DNA of 16,242 nucleotides from an uncultured euryarchaeote (GTDB lineage: Archaea > Thermoplasmatota > Poseidoniia > Poseidoniales > Thalassarchaeaceae): contig CAKZRH010000078.1 in the NCBI GenBank assembly GCA_937144695.1, positions 1 to 16,242 of the forward strand. The letters are read 5' to 3'. Shown in pieces: positions 16,001 to 16,242 of this stretch. Numbering within the stretch: position 1 is the first letter of the stretch; each line of letters starts with the position of its first letter. The notes beneath the pieces were generated by a model. The model ran no database searches and was not told the DNA's origin. It saw only the letters and a list, made by a program, of their open reading frames with translations. Both the position numbers and the translations under genes were made by a program.

Positions 16001-16206
16001 GCATAGATAGATTGTTTCATATCTCCTACAAAGCAAATTGTTGGTTCCCAATCGGTATCTGGATTATTGCCTTCATCTGCATTAATCTTTCTCGGCCCCC
16101 AAAGACGAGAAAGTAATCGCCATTGTTGGGGGGAGTTATCTTGAGCTTCATCAATAATGAAAGCTCGATATCTACGTCTAATTTGCTTCAATAAATTGTA
16201 TCGATT
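13018..16206 (-). CDS. UvrD/AddA-like SF1 helicase fused to C-terminal RecB-family PD-(D/E)XK nuclease; 5'-truncated
   Basis: Helicase motif II is FIIDEAQD (16138-16152). Motif III is VGDMKQSIYAFRQA, IV is VNYRTS, V is SIHGSKGLESKVVIL and VI is RRLLYVAATRAKNQL. The nuclease motifs are GSIDLV ... IDLKT ... QLALY (about 13258-13458). Motifs I and Ia are missing because the contig ends. Codons 1-5 of the ORF-track protein (MYKRQ) are adapter-encoded. Confidence 0.9.
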   Translation of the reverse strand, partial: NRYNLLKQIRRRYRAFIIDEAQDNSPQQWRLLSRLWGPRKINADEGNNPDTDWEPTICFVGDMKQSIYAFRQAEVSGFRKFSTILRSVNSDELRSIPELTRKPTLRRIDSSRNSIVSDNFLITRASELTSSNSKHIEKWIPFNSPEGEYFPNEKEIKQRSEGLISLQVNYRTSAGLLKVMNNWWEDIFSPRHRFFPKSDYYADFQNLFPSESNEDKSGIIEWICPQQNSPESKENLDLHSYHDPFSSHLQNSIERQAIMISKRVKSLISGKSTRVMDKDGIWKEIPQNEKIDFSDILILMASRSNLRDPIIRHLRDQGIPVQADREGLLLSRPVISDLDGLIQLLARPYSRNAAAWVARSTLIGMTDHQLQDFLKPKEKTNFLSRLRDLTINRQRKLVERWISQISSGNLLQIIEDTVDHSDILVANNDDSSIQDISEFIDLIEQISSNFGGDKIVIADKIREIRNQTNISIESKITTNNNCVRLMSIHGSKGLESKVVILADLFSDRQVSMTLENKNRIIVSPEIFAGNPNPWSSSEKPISAIWKHARQIHSSRKDAEARRLLYVAATRAKNQLIIVGSPKNTIWVEKKGLEIPWKYSKSRTQLGQMWIEAIRHSSWKRKEISSPWLQQNDIQSNSFPEVLTGTKIIIDPSELWNNGFNSDDKQNNSLIVYHHPECFNIDDKSKIIINSPLTNHINLNKRAHDTQTRRKINNINFSSESRITLAPHKLSIIDQNPEAYFLEIKGGVTNFVFQDNSNISSKVWDEKIEKFSKSNLPDSSTLGLIIHRILELGIGNPSNVIGSHFQDLPATWTQYSPNRLVDETLLSTVFDELMPIGLNNEISKEIIVKILQRISSGIIGKLTSGEEIENHSVDGLRTEYPFFITNHIEVPQITRSIWAPNRREIVRKINSVKIDMSGSIDLVLCTRTNSKSFIRPIDLKTSQAYSVIEDEGTLIEALGRKETNPLNQAEYDLLKEHSLQLALYHSVLEKIENNKPVKIRREVLLPGLLVGVTGRLLIYPEEMFNHAKSKLKNIFIKAAQISLSSELDLKHLTEESLNENTFS

Positions 16207-16242
16207 CTGTCTCTTATACACATCTGACGCTGCCGACGATAT
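16207..16242. other. Illumina Nextera/Tn5 read-1 adapter, reverse complement (technical sequence)
   Basis: CTGTCTCTTATACACATCT (16207-16225) followed by GACGCTGCCGACGA. The whole of 16207-16242 is the exact reverse complement of 3-38. Confidence 0.97.

Noticed and set aside
1-16242. The whole window as a composite transposon or novel mobile element bounded by 36-nt perfect terminal inverted repeats
   Set aside because: The repeats are the synthetic Nextera read-1 adapter plus the Tn5 mosaic end. No transposase, integrase or target-site duplication is present, and the interior is housekeeping chromosome.

Overview
The first 38 nt and last 36 nt of this window are Illumina Nextera/Tn5 adapter in perfect inverted copies, so only 39-16206 is biological. 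That insert is AT-rich and roughly 95% coding. By inference it comes from a planktonic marine euryarchaeon of the Marine Group II/III (Poseidoniales-like) type. Gene order: (+) 3' end of ribosomal protein uL1, stalk proteins P0/uL10 and P1/L12, two orphan genes, and a proteorhodopsin with a DTE proton-pump motif and Gln at the spectral-tuning site. (-) An Obg/YchF-like NTPase with a TGS domain, a translationally coupled pair of unassignable membrane proteins (about 13 TM plus 2 TM), and a radical-SAM enzyme resembling the archaeosine RaSEA family. (+) A UMF1/Atg22-type MFS transporter with an extra loop domain of about 140 aa, followed 5 nt later by a membrane-anchored hexapeptide-repeat acyltransferase. 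(-) An acidic coiled-coil protein, an M20 metallopeptidase, and a 5'-truncated bacterial-type UvrD/AddA-like helicase fused to a RecB-family nuclease. I found no rRNA, tRNA, CRISPR array, transposase, integrase or recognisable defence island, and no intergenic gap exceeds about 145 nt. This looks like ordinary compact chromosome rather than an accessory island. The best candidates for undescribed biology are the MFS plus membrane acyltransferase module, the orphan membrane-protein pair, the AddA-like helicase-nuclease in an archaeal context, and the loop insertion in the rhodopsin. All family assignments come from motifs I read in the translations and were not checked against any database.
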